Positions 1 to 14,506 of a stretch of DNA of 64,000 nucleotides are shown one piece after another. Position numbers and translations under genes: made by a program. The notes beneath the pieces were generated by a model, which made no database searches, was not told where the DNA came from, and saw only the letters and a list, made by a program, of their open reading frames with translations. This DNA comes from Eledone cirrhosa (taxonomy: Eukaryota): contig OZ024748.1 of the NCBI GenBank assembly GCA_964016885.1, positions 8,494,001 to 8,558,000 on the forward strand. The letters are read 5' to 3'. Position 1 is the stretch's first letter; each line of letters begins with the position of its first letter.

Positions 1-3000
1 GGGTGTGGTATTGGTGTTGTAGTCTCACCCCACAAGACAGTGGGGGTGGTATTGGTGTTGTAGTCTCTCCCCTCAAGACAGTGGGGGTGGTATTGGTGTT
101 GTAGTCTCTCCTCTCAAGACAGTGGGGGTGGTATTGGTGTTGTAGTCTCTCCCCACAGGACAGTGGGGGTGGTATTGGTGTTGTAGTCTCTCCCCTCAAG
201 ACAGTGGGGGTGGTATTGGTGTTGTAGTCTCTCCTCTCAAGACAGTGGGGGTGGTATTGGTGTTGTAGTCTCTCCTCTCAAGACAGTGGGGGTGGTATTG
301 GTGTTGTAGTCTCTCCCCACAAGACAGTGGGGGTGGTATTGGTGTTGTAGTCTCTCCTCTCAAGACAGTGGGGGTGGTATTGGTGTTGTAGTCTCTCCTC
401 TCAAGACAGTGGGGGTGGTATTGGTGTTGTAGTCTCTCCTCTCAAGACAGTGGGGGTGGTATTGGTGTTGTAGTCTCTCTCCTCAAGACAGTGGGGGTGG
501 TATTGGTGTTGTAGTCTCTCCCCACAAGACAGTGGGGGGTGGTATTGGTGTTGTAGTCTCTTCCCACAAGACAGTGGGGGTGGTATTGGTGTTGTAGTCT
601 CTCCTCTCAAGACAGTGGGGGTGGTATTGGTGTTGTAGTCTCTTCCCACAAGACAGTGGGGTTGGTATTGGTGTTGTAGTCTCTCCCCTCAAGACAGTGG
701 GGGTGGTATTGGTGTTGTAGTCTCACCCCACAAGACAGTGGAGGTGGTATTGGTGTTGTAGTCTCTCCTCTCAAGACAGTGGGGGTGGTATTGGTGTTGT
801 AGTCTCTCCCCACAAGACAGTGGAGGTGGTATTGGTGTTGTAGTCTCTCCCCACAAGACAGTGGAGGTGGTATGGTGTTGTAGTCTCTCCTCTCAAGACA
901 GTGGGGGTGGTATTGGTGTTGTAGTCTCTCCCCTCAAGACAGTGGGGGTGGTATTGGTGTTGTAGTCTCACCCCACAAGACAGTGGAGGTGGTATTGGTG
1001 TTGTAGTCTCTCCTCTCAAGACAGTGGGGGTGGTATTGGTGTTGTAGTCTCTTCCCACAAGACAGTGGGGGTGGTATTGGTGTTGTAGTCTCTCCCCTCA
1101 AGACAGTGGGGGTGGTATTGGTGTTGTAGTCTCTCCTCTCAAGACAGTGGGGGTGGTATTGGTGTTGTAGTCTCTCCCCTCAAGACAGTGGGGGTGGTAT
1201 TGGTGTTGTAGTCTCTCCCCACAAGACAGTGGGGGTGGTATTGGTGTTGTACTCTCTCCCCACAAGAAAGTGGGGGTGGTATTGGTGTTGTAGTCTCTCC
1301 CTACAAGACAGTGGGGGTGGTATTGGTGTTGTAGTCTCACCCCACAAGACAGTGGGGGTGGTATTGGTGTTGTAGTCTCTCCCCTCAAGACAGTGGGGGT
1401 GGTATTGGTGTTGTAGTCTCTCCCCTCAAGACAGTGGGGGTGGTATTGGTGTTGTAGTCTCTCCTCTCAAGACAGTGGGGGTGGTATTGGTGTTGTAGTC
1501 TCTCCACACAGGACAGTGGGGGTGGTATTGGTGTTGTAGTCTCTCCCCACAAGACAGTGGGGGTGGTATTGGTGTTGTAGTCTCTCCCCTCAAGACAGTG
1601 GGGTGGTATTGGTGTTGTAGTCTCTCCTCTCAAGACAGTGGGGGTGGTATTGGTGTTGTAGTCTCTCCTCTCAAGACAGTGGGGGTGGTATTGGTGTTGT
1701 AGTCTCTCCCCACAAGACAGTGGGGGTGGTATTGGTGTTGTAGTCTCTCCTCTCAAGACAGTGGGGGTGGTATTGGTGTTGTAGTCTCTCCTCTCAAGAC
1801 AGTGGGGGTGGTATTGGTGTTGTAGTCTCTCCTCTCAAGACAGTGGGGGTGGTATTGGTGTTGTAGTCTCTCCCCTCAAGACAGTGGGGGTGGTATTGGT
1901 GTTGTAGTCTCTCCCCACAAGACAGTGGGGGTGGTATTGGTGTTGTAGTCTCTCCTCTCAAGACAGTGGGGGTGGTATTGGTGTTGTAGTCTCTCCCCTC
2001 AAGACAGTGGGGGTGGTATTGGTGTTGTAGTCTCTCCCCACAAGACAGTGGGGGTGGTATTGGTGTTGTAGTCTCTCCCATCAAGACAGTGGGGGTGGTA
2101 TTGGTGTTGTAGTCTCTCCCCTCAAGACAGTGGGGGTGGTATTGGTGTTGTAGTCTCTCCCCACAAGACAGTGGGGGTGGTATTGGTGTTGTAGTCTCTC
2201 CCCTCAAGACAGTGGGGGTGGTATTGGTGTTGTAGTCTCTCCCCACAAGACAGTGGGGGTGGTATTGGTGTTGTAGTCTCTCCCCACAAGACAGTGGGGG
2301 TGGTATTGGTGTTGTAGTCTCTCCCCACAAGACAGTGGGGGTGGTATTGGTGTTGTAGTCTCTCCCCACAAGACAGTGGGGGTGGTATTGGTGTTGTAGA
2401 CTGTCCCCACAAGACAGTGGGGGGTGGTATTGGTGTTGTAGTCTCTCCCCTCAAGACAGTGGGGGTGGTATTGGTGTTGTAGCCTCTCCCCACAAGACAG
2501 TGGGGGTGGTATTGGTGTTGTAGTCTCTCCCCACAAGACAGTGGGGGTGGTATTGGTGTTGTAGTCTCTCCTCTCAAGACAGTGGGGGTGGTATTGGTGT
2601 TGTAGTCTCTCCCCACAAGAAAGTGGGGGTGGTATTGGTGTTGTAGTCTCTCCCTACAAGACAGTGGGGGTGGTATTGGTGTTGTAGTCTCTCCTCTCAA
2701 GACAGTGGGGGTGGTATTGGTGTTGTAGTCTCTCCACACAAGACAGTGGGGGTGGTATTGGTGTTGTAGTCTCTCCTCTCAAGACAGTGGGGGTGGTATT
2801 GGTGTTGTAGTCTCTCCTCTCAAGACAGTGGGGGTGGTATTGGTGTTGTAGTCTCTCCCCACAAGACAGTGGGGGTGGTAGTGGTGTTGTAGCCTCTCCC
2901 CATAAGACAGTGGGGGTGGTATTGGTGTTGTAGTCTCTCCCCACAAGACAGTGGGGGTGGTATTGGTGTTGTAGTCTCTCCCCTCAAGACAGTGGGGGTG

Positions 3001-4500
3001 GTATTGGTGTTGTAGTCTCTCCCCTCAAGACAGTGGGGGTGGTATTGGTGTTGTAGTCTCTCCCCAGAAGACAGTGGGGGTGGTATTGGTGTTGTAGCCT
3101 CTCCCCAGAAGACAGTGTGAGTGGTATTGGTGTTGTGGTCTCTCCCCACAAGACAGTGGGGGCGGTATTGGTGTTGCAGTCTCTCCCCAGAAGACAGTGG
3201 GGGTGGTATTGGTGTTGTAGTCTCTCCTCTCAAAACAGTGGGGGTGGTATTGGTGTTGTAGTATCTCCCCAGAAGACAGTGGGGGTGGTATTGGTGTTGT
3301 AGTCTCTCCCCTCAAGACAGTGGGGGTGGTATTGGTGTTGTAGTCTCTCCCCTCAAGACAGTGGGGGGTGGTATTGGTGTTGTAGTCTCTCCCCACAAGA
3401 CAGTGGGGGTGGTATTTGTGTTGCAGTCTCTCCCCTCAAGACAGTGGGGGTGGTATTTGTGTTGCAGTCTCTCCCCTCAAGACAGTGGGGGTGGTATTGG
3501 TGTTGTAGTCTCTCCCCTCAAGACAGTGGGGGTGGTATTTGTGTTGCAGTCTCTCCCCTCAAGACAGTGGGGGTGGTATTTGTGTTGCAGTCTCTCCCCT
3601 CAAGACAGTGGGGGTGGTATTTGTGTTGCAGTCTCTCCCCTCAAGACAGTGGGGGTGGTATTTGTGTTGCAGTCTCTCCCCTCAAGACAGTGGGGGTGGT
3701 ATTTGTGTTGCAGTCTCTCCCCACAAGACAGTGGGGGTGGTATTTGTGTTGCAGTCTCTCCCCTCAAGACAGTGGGGGTGGTGTTGGTGTTGTAGTCTCT
3801 CCCCTCAAGACAGTGGGGGGTGGTATTGGTGTTGTAGTCTCTCCCCACAAGACAGTGGGGGTGGTATTTGTGTTGCAGTCTCTCCCCTCAAGACAGTGGG
3901 GGTGGTATTTGTGTTGCAGTTTCTCCCCTCAAGACAGTGGGGGTGGTACTGGTGTTGTAGTCTCTCCCCACAAGACAGTGGGGGTGGTATTGGTGTTGTA
4001 GTCTCTCCCCTCAAGACAGTGGGGGTGGTATTGGTGTTGTAGTCTCTCCCCTCAAGACAGTGGGGTGGTATTGGTGTTGTAGTCTCTCCCCACAAGACAG
4101 TGGGGGTGGTATTGGTGTTGTAGTCTCTCCCCACAAAACAGTGGGGGGTGGTATTGGTGTTGTAGTCTCTCCCCTCAAGACAGTGGGGGTGGTATTTGTG
4201 TTGTAGTCTCTCCCCACAAAACAGTGGGGGGTGGTATTGGTGTTGTAGTCTCTCCCCACAAAACAGTGGGGGGTGGTATTGGTGTTGTAGTCTCTCCCCA
4301 CAAGACAGTGGGGGTGGTATTGGTGTTGTAGTCTCTCCCCACAAGACAGTGGGGGTGGTATTTGTGTTGTAGTCTCTCCCCATAAGACAGTGGGGGTGGT
4401 ATTGGTGTTGTAGTCTCTCCCCACAAGACAGTGGAGGTGGTATTGGGATTGTAGTCTCTCCCCACAAGACAGTGGGTGTGGTATTGGGGTTGTAGTCTCA
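1..4500. repeat. 41-bp tandem minisatellite/satellite array (about 110 units, truncated by window start)
   Basis: Unit CAAGACAGTGGGGGTGGTATTGGTGTTGTAGTCTCTCCCC(T/A) repeated head-to-tail with point variants and no unique spacers. The ORFs over it are repeat translations. Confidence 0.98.
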
Positions 4501-4573
4501 GTAAGGTATGTACGACCCTGGAGGAGAGAAGACTTTATGGTGTCTTAGTCCTCGTCGATTTATAGTGCTGGTG

Positions 4574-4720
<147 letters not shown>

Positions 4721-4828
4721 TCCGTGTATTATTGACGGACGTTAGAACAAGTATTCAATACCTAAGTAGCGTTTAAGTGGTGGACCTTCTTTCTCTGGAG
4801 CTTCGACACGTAGCTATAATAATTGAGT

Positions 4829-4871
<43 letters not shown>

Positions 4872-5132
4872 CAGATCGAAAGCGAGAGAGAGAGGGGGGT
4901 GAGAGAGAGGTTTTGTTTTCGGTTTTTCGTCCTTCATTTATTGAACATAATTAACTGACTGTTTCATAATTGATGTTGAAAGTTTTCCATGAAGTTTGAA
5001 TAATTTCCACGTTAAGTCACCCTCCCCAAATACTCAACTCTGGAATCTAGTAGGTTACATATAGAGCAAGATTTCGATATTAGAGTACTTACATGAACTA
5101 CTGAAGTTGCAGGAAGAATTAACCATTATATA

Positions 5133-5293
5133 TGACGACGGAGGTGGAGGTGGTGGAGGTGGTGGTGGTAGTGGTTGTGGTGGTGGACATGGTTTTGGAG
5201 GTGGTGGTAGAGGTGATGATGGTGGTGGTGGTGGAGGTGATGGTGATGGAGGCGATGGTGATGGTGGAGGTGGTGGTAGAGGTGGTGGTGGGT
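5133..5293. repeat. (GGT/GGA/GAT)n trinucleotide low-complexity tract
   Basis: Imperfect GGT repeats. The poly-Gly and poly-Val ORFs are by-products. Confidence 0.9.
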
Positions 5294-5748
5294 GAATATT
5301 CCTATAAATTACTCTATTAGAACAATTAACGGGAATAACGTTGTCCCTGCCATCACTGGAAGTAGGATGTTCTGAGAGGATATTTTTACTTAATAGAATT
5401 TTTCTTATCAGGACTACAATTTCAAGACTTACAGTTCTATTTTCTAAATTTAATTTTCGTCGAGGATTTTAATGAAAGCAATCATTAGGAGATATTACAT
5501 TAGATAGGCTTGATTAATAGTTGAAGATATTTGAAACAAGGCGGAGATTCTCGCTAAATGTTATAATATTCTTGATGTCAATAGTCTATTAATTTCCAGC
5601 TTTTGAAGTGTTCTGAGTCGTACTAAACTAATTTTACAAATGGGAGAGGCGCGAGGTTATTCTATAAACTCTATGAACAAATTTGATTTTGTCTATTAAA
5701 TATTTAGATGTATCCTGGATAACAAAGCCAAGCGAAATATTTTCTGCT

Positions 5749-6218
5749 AACGGAATTATCTTAAGGTACGAGAGTATACGGTTTCAATTTCTCGTTGTAG
5801 ATATTTCAATTCAAAATGAAATATTATATAGTAACAGAATTACTAGGGTTGTAGGTTGGCAGTATCGGTAGAGCGTCAGACAATTTGCTTTGTGGCATTT
5901 AGTTATAGCTCTTTACGTTCTGAGTTCTGAGTTCAAATCCCGTCGAGGTTAGCTTTGCCTACTCATCCTTACGCGGGTCGATAAAATAAAATACCAGTAA
6001 CATATTGAGGTCGATTTAATCGACTTTCCCTCCCATCAAAATTGCTGGCCTAAATCAGAAAATATGAACAGAATTACTTTAAGTTGCCATAGCATACCTT
6101 TTCAATTTCTAGTTGTAGGTATATCAATTAAAAGTGAAAGAATCATATATTAACAGAATTACTTCAAGATGCCACAGTATAGGGTTTCAATTTCTCATTG
6201 TAGATGTTTCAATTAATC
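5749..6218. repeat. Old degenerate ~84-85-bp tandem repeat (3 units) interrupted by a SINE
   Basis: Units start AAC(G/A)GAATTA at 5749, 5833/6067 and 6152, and each contains TTTCAATTTCT..TTGTAG.T.T.TCAATT. Confidence 0.8.
5845..6066 (+). mobile_element. tRNA-derived SINE, family A (long variant), 12-bp TSD
   Basis: A-box-like TGGCAGTATCGGTAGAG, B-box GAGTTCAAATCCC, body GCTTTGCCT..CATCCTTACG.GGGTCGATAAAATAAA.TACCAG. Flanking direct repeat AACAGAATTACT at 5833-5844 and 6067-6078. Confidence 0.88.
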
Positions 6219-6879
6219 TATGTCATTAATATTATCAGGAAAAACAACTATGAACTATTAACTTCTTGATATGTATGTGATTCTGTAAAGTCAAGCAAAT
6301 GGCTCCTCCATTAACATCACTAACTATGTGGGATAAATAAATGAATATTCAGTCTTCTCATTTTAAAAATGCTAACCCTACTACATGTTAAGGAAATAAT
6401 TAGTGAGGTAGAAGACAGAAAATATGTAAATGTTCATAGTTGTGTTATAGAAATGGGATTTTGACGTGTGTGGGTTGGGTAAAAATGATCGTTGGAGCTG
6501 CCATTTATCTACACTAATCACTGCCTGTAGATGTGAAAGAGAAAATAGCAATAAAAACGGTGAGGGGTAGGACAGTTATGCCGAACGACACAAACCAAAT
6601 TTTCGAGTAATTTAATTAAATTTTAATAAAAATGACAGAAATATTTTTAAAAATTACACCTCAGTTTATAAGAAAATTGAGAAAAACATACATATATAAC
6701 GAGAATTCAAATAGCAATATAGAAAATGAGTAGATGACATCAAAGAAAATGATGATGATGAGGGGGGGGGGGGGGGGTGTAAGATACGAGGGGGTGGTGT
6801 CGAATGAAATGATGTAGATGACGATAATGATGACGCTGATTATCAGGAGAATAACAAAAATAATATAGCTGCATTGATA

Positions 6880-6981
6880 ATATAAAAACAACATCAACAA
6901 TTACAACAGCAACAACAACAACCACAACAGCACCAATTATTATTATTATCATTATCATTATTAATGTTATTATTATCATCA

Positions 6982-7023
<42 letters not shown>
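6880..7023. repeat. (CAA)n/(ATT)n/(ATC)n trinucleotide tract
   Basis: Direct simple repeats. Confidence 0.9.
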
Positions 7024-7024
<1 letters not shown>

Positions 7025-7484
7025 GGGGAAGGAATAGTGAAAGACTAGAGAGAAGGGGAATGCTGAAGCCAACTTAATCAGCCAAAATTAAATCAAAAAT
7101 GTCGGCAGTGATGATCAAATAAATAAGGCTGCAAATTTTGCAATTACGCTGAAGAGACAAAAAAAAATAATTGAAAAATTAATGTACGTTTTAATATATG
7201 TCCTCCAGCTTTTATCTGCTAAAAGAGACGATAATGTCGATTTGTGGCCCTTTCGATATTTCTACTTCACATCGCAATCCAGCTATATAATACAAACCAT
7301 TACAAAGAACTATAGTTTTTGTTGTATTGCTCAAGACTTTTGAAAAACCCAGGAATCCTTGTTATTACGAAATATATAATTTGAGAAGGTTGTTAAAATG
7401 AAGGAAAAACAAATTTTAATAAGTGTGTTCGGTATATATGTTTTTGTGGCATATTTTAGTTTTATAAGTGTATAAATAACAGCA

Positions 7485-8753
<1,269 letters not shown>

Positions 8754-9137
8754 CACACATATTTCAGCTTTGAAATGTTGTCATCAGAAAAGCATATTCT
8801 GTACTACAGTAGATGTAGAGTAAGTTTCTATATGAAGCAATTCAATATAATATATTACATACTTTTAAACAACTATAAAAACCATGAACCAGGGAGAAAA
8901 ACAACGAGAGCTTTCTATTCTATGGAGCAATTGCAATATTGAATTAATCGACGTAGAATACAATATAGTATTTGGTATTTTCTGGAGAGTAATTTTAATA
9001 AATTTGTTATTTTCTGTTTAGGAATTATAAATAATTTCTTTTTTGTTGTGTAGATGTATTACCGAATTTGTTTTTATTTACTCACTGTGCAGTATACCTC
9101 ATAAGGATGGGGCTTATCCCGTTTTAGGCAGAATTAA

Positions 9138-9200
9138 GGAACTGAAGTGACTTGTTCAAGGGGATAACTCACCACCAATCTGGGAATCGAACTCATGACG
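9138..9200 (-). mobile_element. Degenerate CORE-like SINE fragment
   Basis: GAAGTGACTTGTTCAAGGG...GGGAATCGAACTCA; the reverse complement gives a B-box (TGAGTTCGATTCCC) followed by CCTTGAACAAGTCACTTC. Confidence 0.5.
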
Positions 9201-9361
9201 ACTAATGGAATATTACTCAAACCCCTATCTAGTTTAATGGTTTAATTTAAAGCCCAGAGACACCATGGCAGTTGTAAAGATATTCTGCTATGTATGTTGG
9301 AAGTGTAACACATTTAGAGTTCGTATATAAGATATATTTATGTATTTACAGCAAAGACATG

Positions 9362-9555
9362 CAGACCTGTCAACTCTCCCCGTCCAACGGGGAAATCTCC
9401 AACCCACTTTGCGGTGAGTTAGAGATGTCTTCTCTTATGAAAATGGGTAGCTTTCATTATGTAAAATTTCCCGATTTTGCCTCGTTTCTCCCCGTTTTGT
9501 GGCACTTTTTTTTCATGGTACTTCCCGTTTGAGATATTAGAGGTTGGCAGGTCTG
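9362..9555 (+). mobile_element. MITE (non-autonomous DNA transposon), 13-bp TIR, 6-bp TSD
   Basis: Ends CAGACCTGTCAAC and GTTGGCAGGTCTG. TSD GACATG at 9356-9361 and 9556-9561. An inverted homolog lies at 28048-28241. Confidence 0.88.
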
Positions 9556-9711
9556 GACATGTCTAGTATGATGATTACTAAGTACATACTGAGCCAACAT
9601 ATAACATTTCTCAGTGTACAAACTGAATCAAGCTCTCTATATAGAAAAACAGTTCGATCGGTACATTATTGATATAGATACATTATACAAATAGATATAT
9701 TTTACAGCTAT

Positions 9712-9980
9712 TTTAGTTTATGCTCACCCCAAGCAAAGCGATAAAGCCACTAAAATACAAGGGGTTACTGAGAATGGAGAATGACAAGACAGAGAGAACA
9801 TAATTCAAGGAAAGAGAAAAGATGACGATTGATGTTGCTCTTGAATGTTTGTAAATTGTAGTTTTCAGGAAAGCAAGGAGCCGGAAGAGAATTCCATAGG
9901 TGGGGGAGGGTAAAAAACTATCAGAATAGAATTTGTGTTTGTATTTAGGAACTTCAACTGTAAATGGATGAGACATAACT
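9712..9980 (-). mobile_element. 3' end fragment of a LINE (CR1/Jockey-group-like)
   Basis: Minus frame SHPFTVEVPKYKHKFYSDSFLP resembles the C-terminal '..F..SF.PRT..LWN.LP' region of LINE ORF2. A short 3' UTR ending in an A-rich tail follows. Confidence 0.55.
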
Positions 9981-12005
9981 GCAAATCTCTCTATCAGAAG
10001 ATAATGAGAAACATTGATTTATTTGAGAGATACCAATTTGTTGGTGATATTGTGATATTCATGTCTCGCTAAAATCTCGTCAAAGTAGTTCAATGCCTTA
10101 AACGGAAATTGAAAAGTTATCAGAGTCTTATCTGTCTGCGACTGTATCATTGTTTTGTGGAGATTGCTACAGTTTTTAAATTTAAATACTCGTTAACATA
10201 TCTCAGAATAATGACATTTATTTAAAACACTGACGAAGAAAGATTCATTGCTGATCTGAGTCAGAGTCAAACTAATTCTAGAGGTTTTGAGAAAAATACT
10301 GTTAATATTTCTATTTAATTTAAGAAGACAATATTATCCACATTACTTCAATATATAGATGTCTCGTAAAATCTGGAATGATGATTATGTCTATGTTAAC
10401 CCTTTAAACAAAATCTATCGGTTCAGTTTCAAGTTGTTGTCACCTGATAGTACTGTATATATAGTTTAGTGGAATGGACTCGTGTTTAGGCACTGGCACA
10501 CAGCTTGCTGGAATATTTTAAGTTTTACGTGTAAATAATGTTGAATAACGATTCAGTAATTTATTTTGGTTAGCATTTAAAACTTTTATTATCAAGAATA
10601 TTTGGCCTTTTACACATGTTTTTATATAAAATATTTCAGGTGATAGAAAGTAAAACTTATTTCTATATGTAAATATTCCTGCTTAAACATTTGTGTTAAT
10701 ATAATTATTCGTGTGATTTGGAGAACATCACAAATACATCTACAGCATCAAGATTACAAAACTGATTTTTTAAATATTTAATAAATATAATATCTTGACA
10801 TTTGACTGAAATCAAGTTACAACAAACGAAGTAAATTGAACTTTATTTTTAATAAATGACATTGTACAATATTTTAAGAATAACGAAAACTGCTTTAATA
10901 TATGTTGTTATGTTCGCAGACATAATATTTCTCAACAAATTTCATACATGATTTAAACATTCTTTGTCTACATATTTATAAATGAAGTGAAAAGAGCAAA
11001 ATTCGATTTAAATTTAAAAGCTAGTTAAAAACCATGAACATCAATTTCATTTGATTAAAAGCAATCAAATGGTAGAATATGCTCAAGTTAGAAAGGTTTG
11101 TTAGTACCGCAATTACATTGTGTAAATATCTTTACCAGGAATATTATTTTGTATATAAACATTGAAATATTGAAAATAATCTGTGTTTTACATAAGTTTA
11201 GTAACAAAAGAGAGAAGAAATCATTTAGGAGCTTTTTGTTATCAAGAAATATTGGTAATCTTAGAATGGAATTTGAATGTGGTATTTAATTATGAGTTAT
11301 TAAGTTCTGGGTTTAAACTGAGATAAATTCTGCATGCTATAAACAGTAACCAAACCTCCATCATTCTCTACCATCTTTCTTGCACATGGATGAACTATCA
11401 GATTAAGGCTTTGTGAGATAACGACGTAAGCGGTAAACCTTTGCTCGGCGAGTTTCTGATTTAGTTTTAAGTTGTCAGTTGAAACCTCTCATCTATTTAA
11501 CTAATAATAACGCTGCTATTAGAAATGCGTAATCGTCCATAAATCGCATTTTTCATTCCTATAAACATCGGGACACTGTTATCTTATCAAATAAATATTT
11601 AAAATGTTGAATTCACAATATGCCTCGGATGACTGTGATTAAGTCCTCATTTCTTTCTAAATACTTAGATGCGAAAATTAAAATAACTTTATTGTAAATA
11701 TAAGCAGATTGAAATGAAATAATTTTATCAAATATTTTTCTGAAAAAAAATACGTATTCCAAATGTTATATATTCTAGTAGACGAACCGTATTTCTTTCT
11801 CTTTCACTGCTATCACATTCCCTCACACCCTTCCCCCTCCCTTCCCCTACCCTAGTCAAATCTTACTCATACATTTATTTCCTCAAACTCGTTCTCTCAA
11901 TTCCTCCCATTCAATTTCAATTTATATTTTTGCTCACATGTCTATTTATGTGTAAGCTCATATATTTATGCCTATACACATATAGCTATCTCTTTTTTCC
12001 ATTTC

Positions 12006-12098
<93 letters not shown>

Positions 12099-12380
12099 TG
12101 CAAAGACACACGCACATATATTCATATATATTCTTTAAAAAATGCATAGATAACAATTGGTCTGTAGTTTATGAAATCAGTAATCTGTTTTAATCTAATA
12201 CACCCATATTTGATATATACACATCCAACTAAATGCAGGAATTTCTTTAGTGTTGTTAACTCAAAACCTTTCTCGGTTTCATTCCTCATACCTTTGTAAA
12301 TATCAATAAACACACTAAATAGACATTTCCATATATTTTAAACATACGCATAGATATAATGATACAATACGCATATACAC

Positions 12381-12463
<83 letters not shown>

Positions 12464-12466
<3 letters not shown>

Positions 12467-13069
12467 GCTGCCAACTCATTTTCGAGTACGGCAACTACTT
12501 TATATCCATGTAGGAGAACCCCTACCGATGCACTGAACGAGTGTGACTTTTTAGTCCAGCCAGCGACTTGAAAACTCTGGTACAAACACTACACCTGTGA
12601 CAATTATTGACACATAGTGCTGGGCCCATGGTACCATGTGACGACAAGTGCAGAGAGATCTCCAGATATAAAGCAATGCCTATGCCGTGAAGCTTTTATA
12701 GTGAGCCAAGACACTGCACAAAGCCAGTCCCACTCTCTTAACCAAGATGATATTTACCAAAAAGAAGAACAAGTCAACATCATTGGATACCATCAGGGTT
12801 GCAGGTGTTATATCAGAGTTTTCCTTCTCCTAGAATTCTGCCTTGACAAAGGCTAAGGGGTCATCTCTCCCGGTGATTTTGGATGGCCATTGACTTTTAA
12901 GAGCTCCTTTGCCCTTTGACAGGTTTTGTTTTTAGTCCTGCAGGATGTCCAAAGTCACCCTCCTCACCAAGAAACCTTGGTGGGGTTGCCAGTTTAGTCG
13001 CCAACGACCCGACCATGAGTCAGGTTGTACTGGGATACATGTTACGAGTAGCACCATACATACCAGTCG
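12464..13069 (-). mobile_element. Bipartite non-autonomous RTE-clade element (5' UTR-like part joined to ORF 3' end)
   Basis: Minus-strand 5' part has CAAGGCAG..TTCTAGGAGAAGGAAAACTCTGA, a motif I recognise from RTE 5' UTRs. The 3' part encodes a C2H2-like terminus and runs into (TA)n. Microsatellites flank both sides. Confidence 0.65.
12522..12611 (-). pseudogene. RTE-type ORF C-terminal zinc-finger remnant VNNCHRCSVCTRVFKSLAGLKSHTRSVHR*
   Basis: Manual translation gives CxxC-x12-H-x4-H spacing with an RxFxSxxGLxSH pattern typical of RTE LINE C-termini. Confidence 0.7.
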
Positions 13070-13123
13070 CATACATACATACATACATACATACATACAT
13101 ACATACATACATACATACATACA

Positions 13124-13159
<36 letters not shown>

Positions 13160-13280
13160 TATATATAGTGTAGGGGTTGTGATATCAAGTTACTGTTGGT
13201 TCACCAAGGTGAGCACTCGACGCGTGGTTTCGAGTATGTACTTTTTGAGGTTGCACTAATCAGAGTGTAATGATAATAAT

Positions 13281-13456
13281 TGTTTGTACTTTTGGCACAA
13301 GGCCACCAATTACCCAGTGCATTACTGGTACTTTATTTTATCGACCGCATAAGGATGAAAGGCAAAGTTAATCTCAGCGGAGTTTGAACTCAGAATGGCA
13401 AGGGCTGAAACTCTATGCGTCAAAGCATGGCGTCCGACCCTCTACCAATACTGCCA
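13281..13456 (-). mobile_element. tRNA-derived SINE family A (short variant), 17-bp TSD
   Basis: Homologous to 34727-34916. TSD AGTGTAATGATAATAAT at 13264-13280 and 13457-13473. Confidence 0.9.
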
Positions 13457-13621
13457 AGTGTAATGATAATAATAAGTATGGACTAGATGTAAAATTAGCA
13501 TTAAGTCTATTCAGGTGTGACATGTGTTAAGCGATTGATAAGTTCAAGATTCGATCTCTATCGAGCGGGCCCGACTCTGGAATCAAAAGCTCATCAGACT
13601 TCTGTTTGTTTACAAAAGTCT

Positions 13622-13748
13622 GATTAGCTTTACATTTCCTCTTTACAGGATCGATAAAGTAAAGTATCAGTAATCACTGGGATCGATTTAATCGACTCCC
13701 CCTCCCCTTCAAATTGCTGGCCTTGTGTCTAAAGTAGAAACAATTATT
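13622..13748 (+). mobile_element. 5'-truncated SINE family A (long variant)
   Basis: GATCGATAAAGTAAAGTATCAGTAATCACTGGGATCGATTTAATCGACT...AATTGCTGGCCTTGTGTCTAAAGTAGAAACAATTATT. Confidence 0.8.
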
Positions 13749-14506
13749 ATTATTCGATTACAGATAGTATATTGATAGCGTGGATATTAATTTTATAAGT
13801 ACATTTTATAAATACTGAGCTATTATTGTAGGTAGATCAATGTCTATGGATTGAATATATAACGAACAAAGAAAATAATTTTACTATCTATTCCTCTTGT
13901 GTTAATAAATTAATACACATTCATAGAATGCCCTCTAGATTTAATCTTTGATGCAGACTGCTGAACCAAACTGCAGCAAAATACATAAATAAATAATTAA
14001 ATAAATATTAAAATATTATATAAAATTTTGCTCTTTGAGAAATATGCAGAACAGAAAATATATCGTGAAAATACTTAGTGAAAGCTTGCGTCAGCTTAAG
14101 TTGCATTAAAATGCAAACTGGAAAGCAAAGCTCCATAAAATACATTTTATGAATTTCATTTTGAAAAAAAAAAAAATTTGTTAAAATGTCAGGGTAGTTA
14201 TTAGGTATATATTGGAATTTAGATTAATAAATCTTGGGCAAGGGGATTAACTCTTGCATGATGCAATTTATCCTAGTCCCCAAACGACCAACTTTGTTGT
14301 GGAAACAGCTAGCTAGGATTAACTTTATGCAATTTCAACAAAATTTGATTCTTGGTGAAATATATTTACGCACTTCCTTGTTACCGGAACATTGATCATA
14401 AAACATTTCCTCGTGATTATAGAATTGTTTTAATTCAATTTCACTATTTTGTTGTAAAATAGATTTGCCGTCTTATACGTTAAACAAATTTTATACTGAG
14501 GCAATA

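Noticed and set aside
1-4500. CRISPR array or mucin/His-Cys-rich protein gene
   Set aside because: Units are contiguous with no unique spacers, there are no cas genes, the context is eukaryotic, and the 41-bp unit shifts frame in every copy.
5107-5320. Glycine-rich protein exon
   Set aside because: A (GGT)n simple repeat with no supporting neighbouring exons; cannot be supported from sequence alone.
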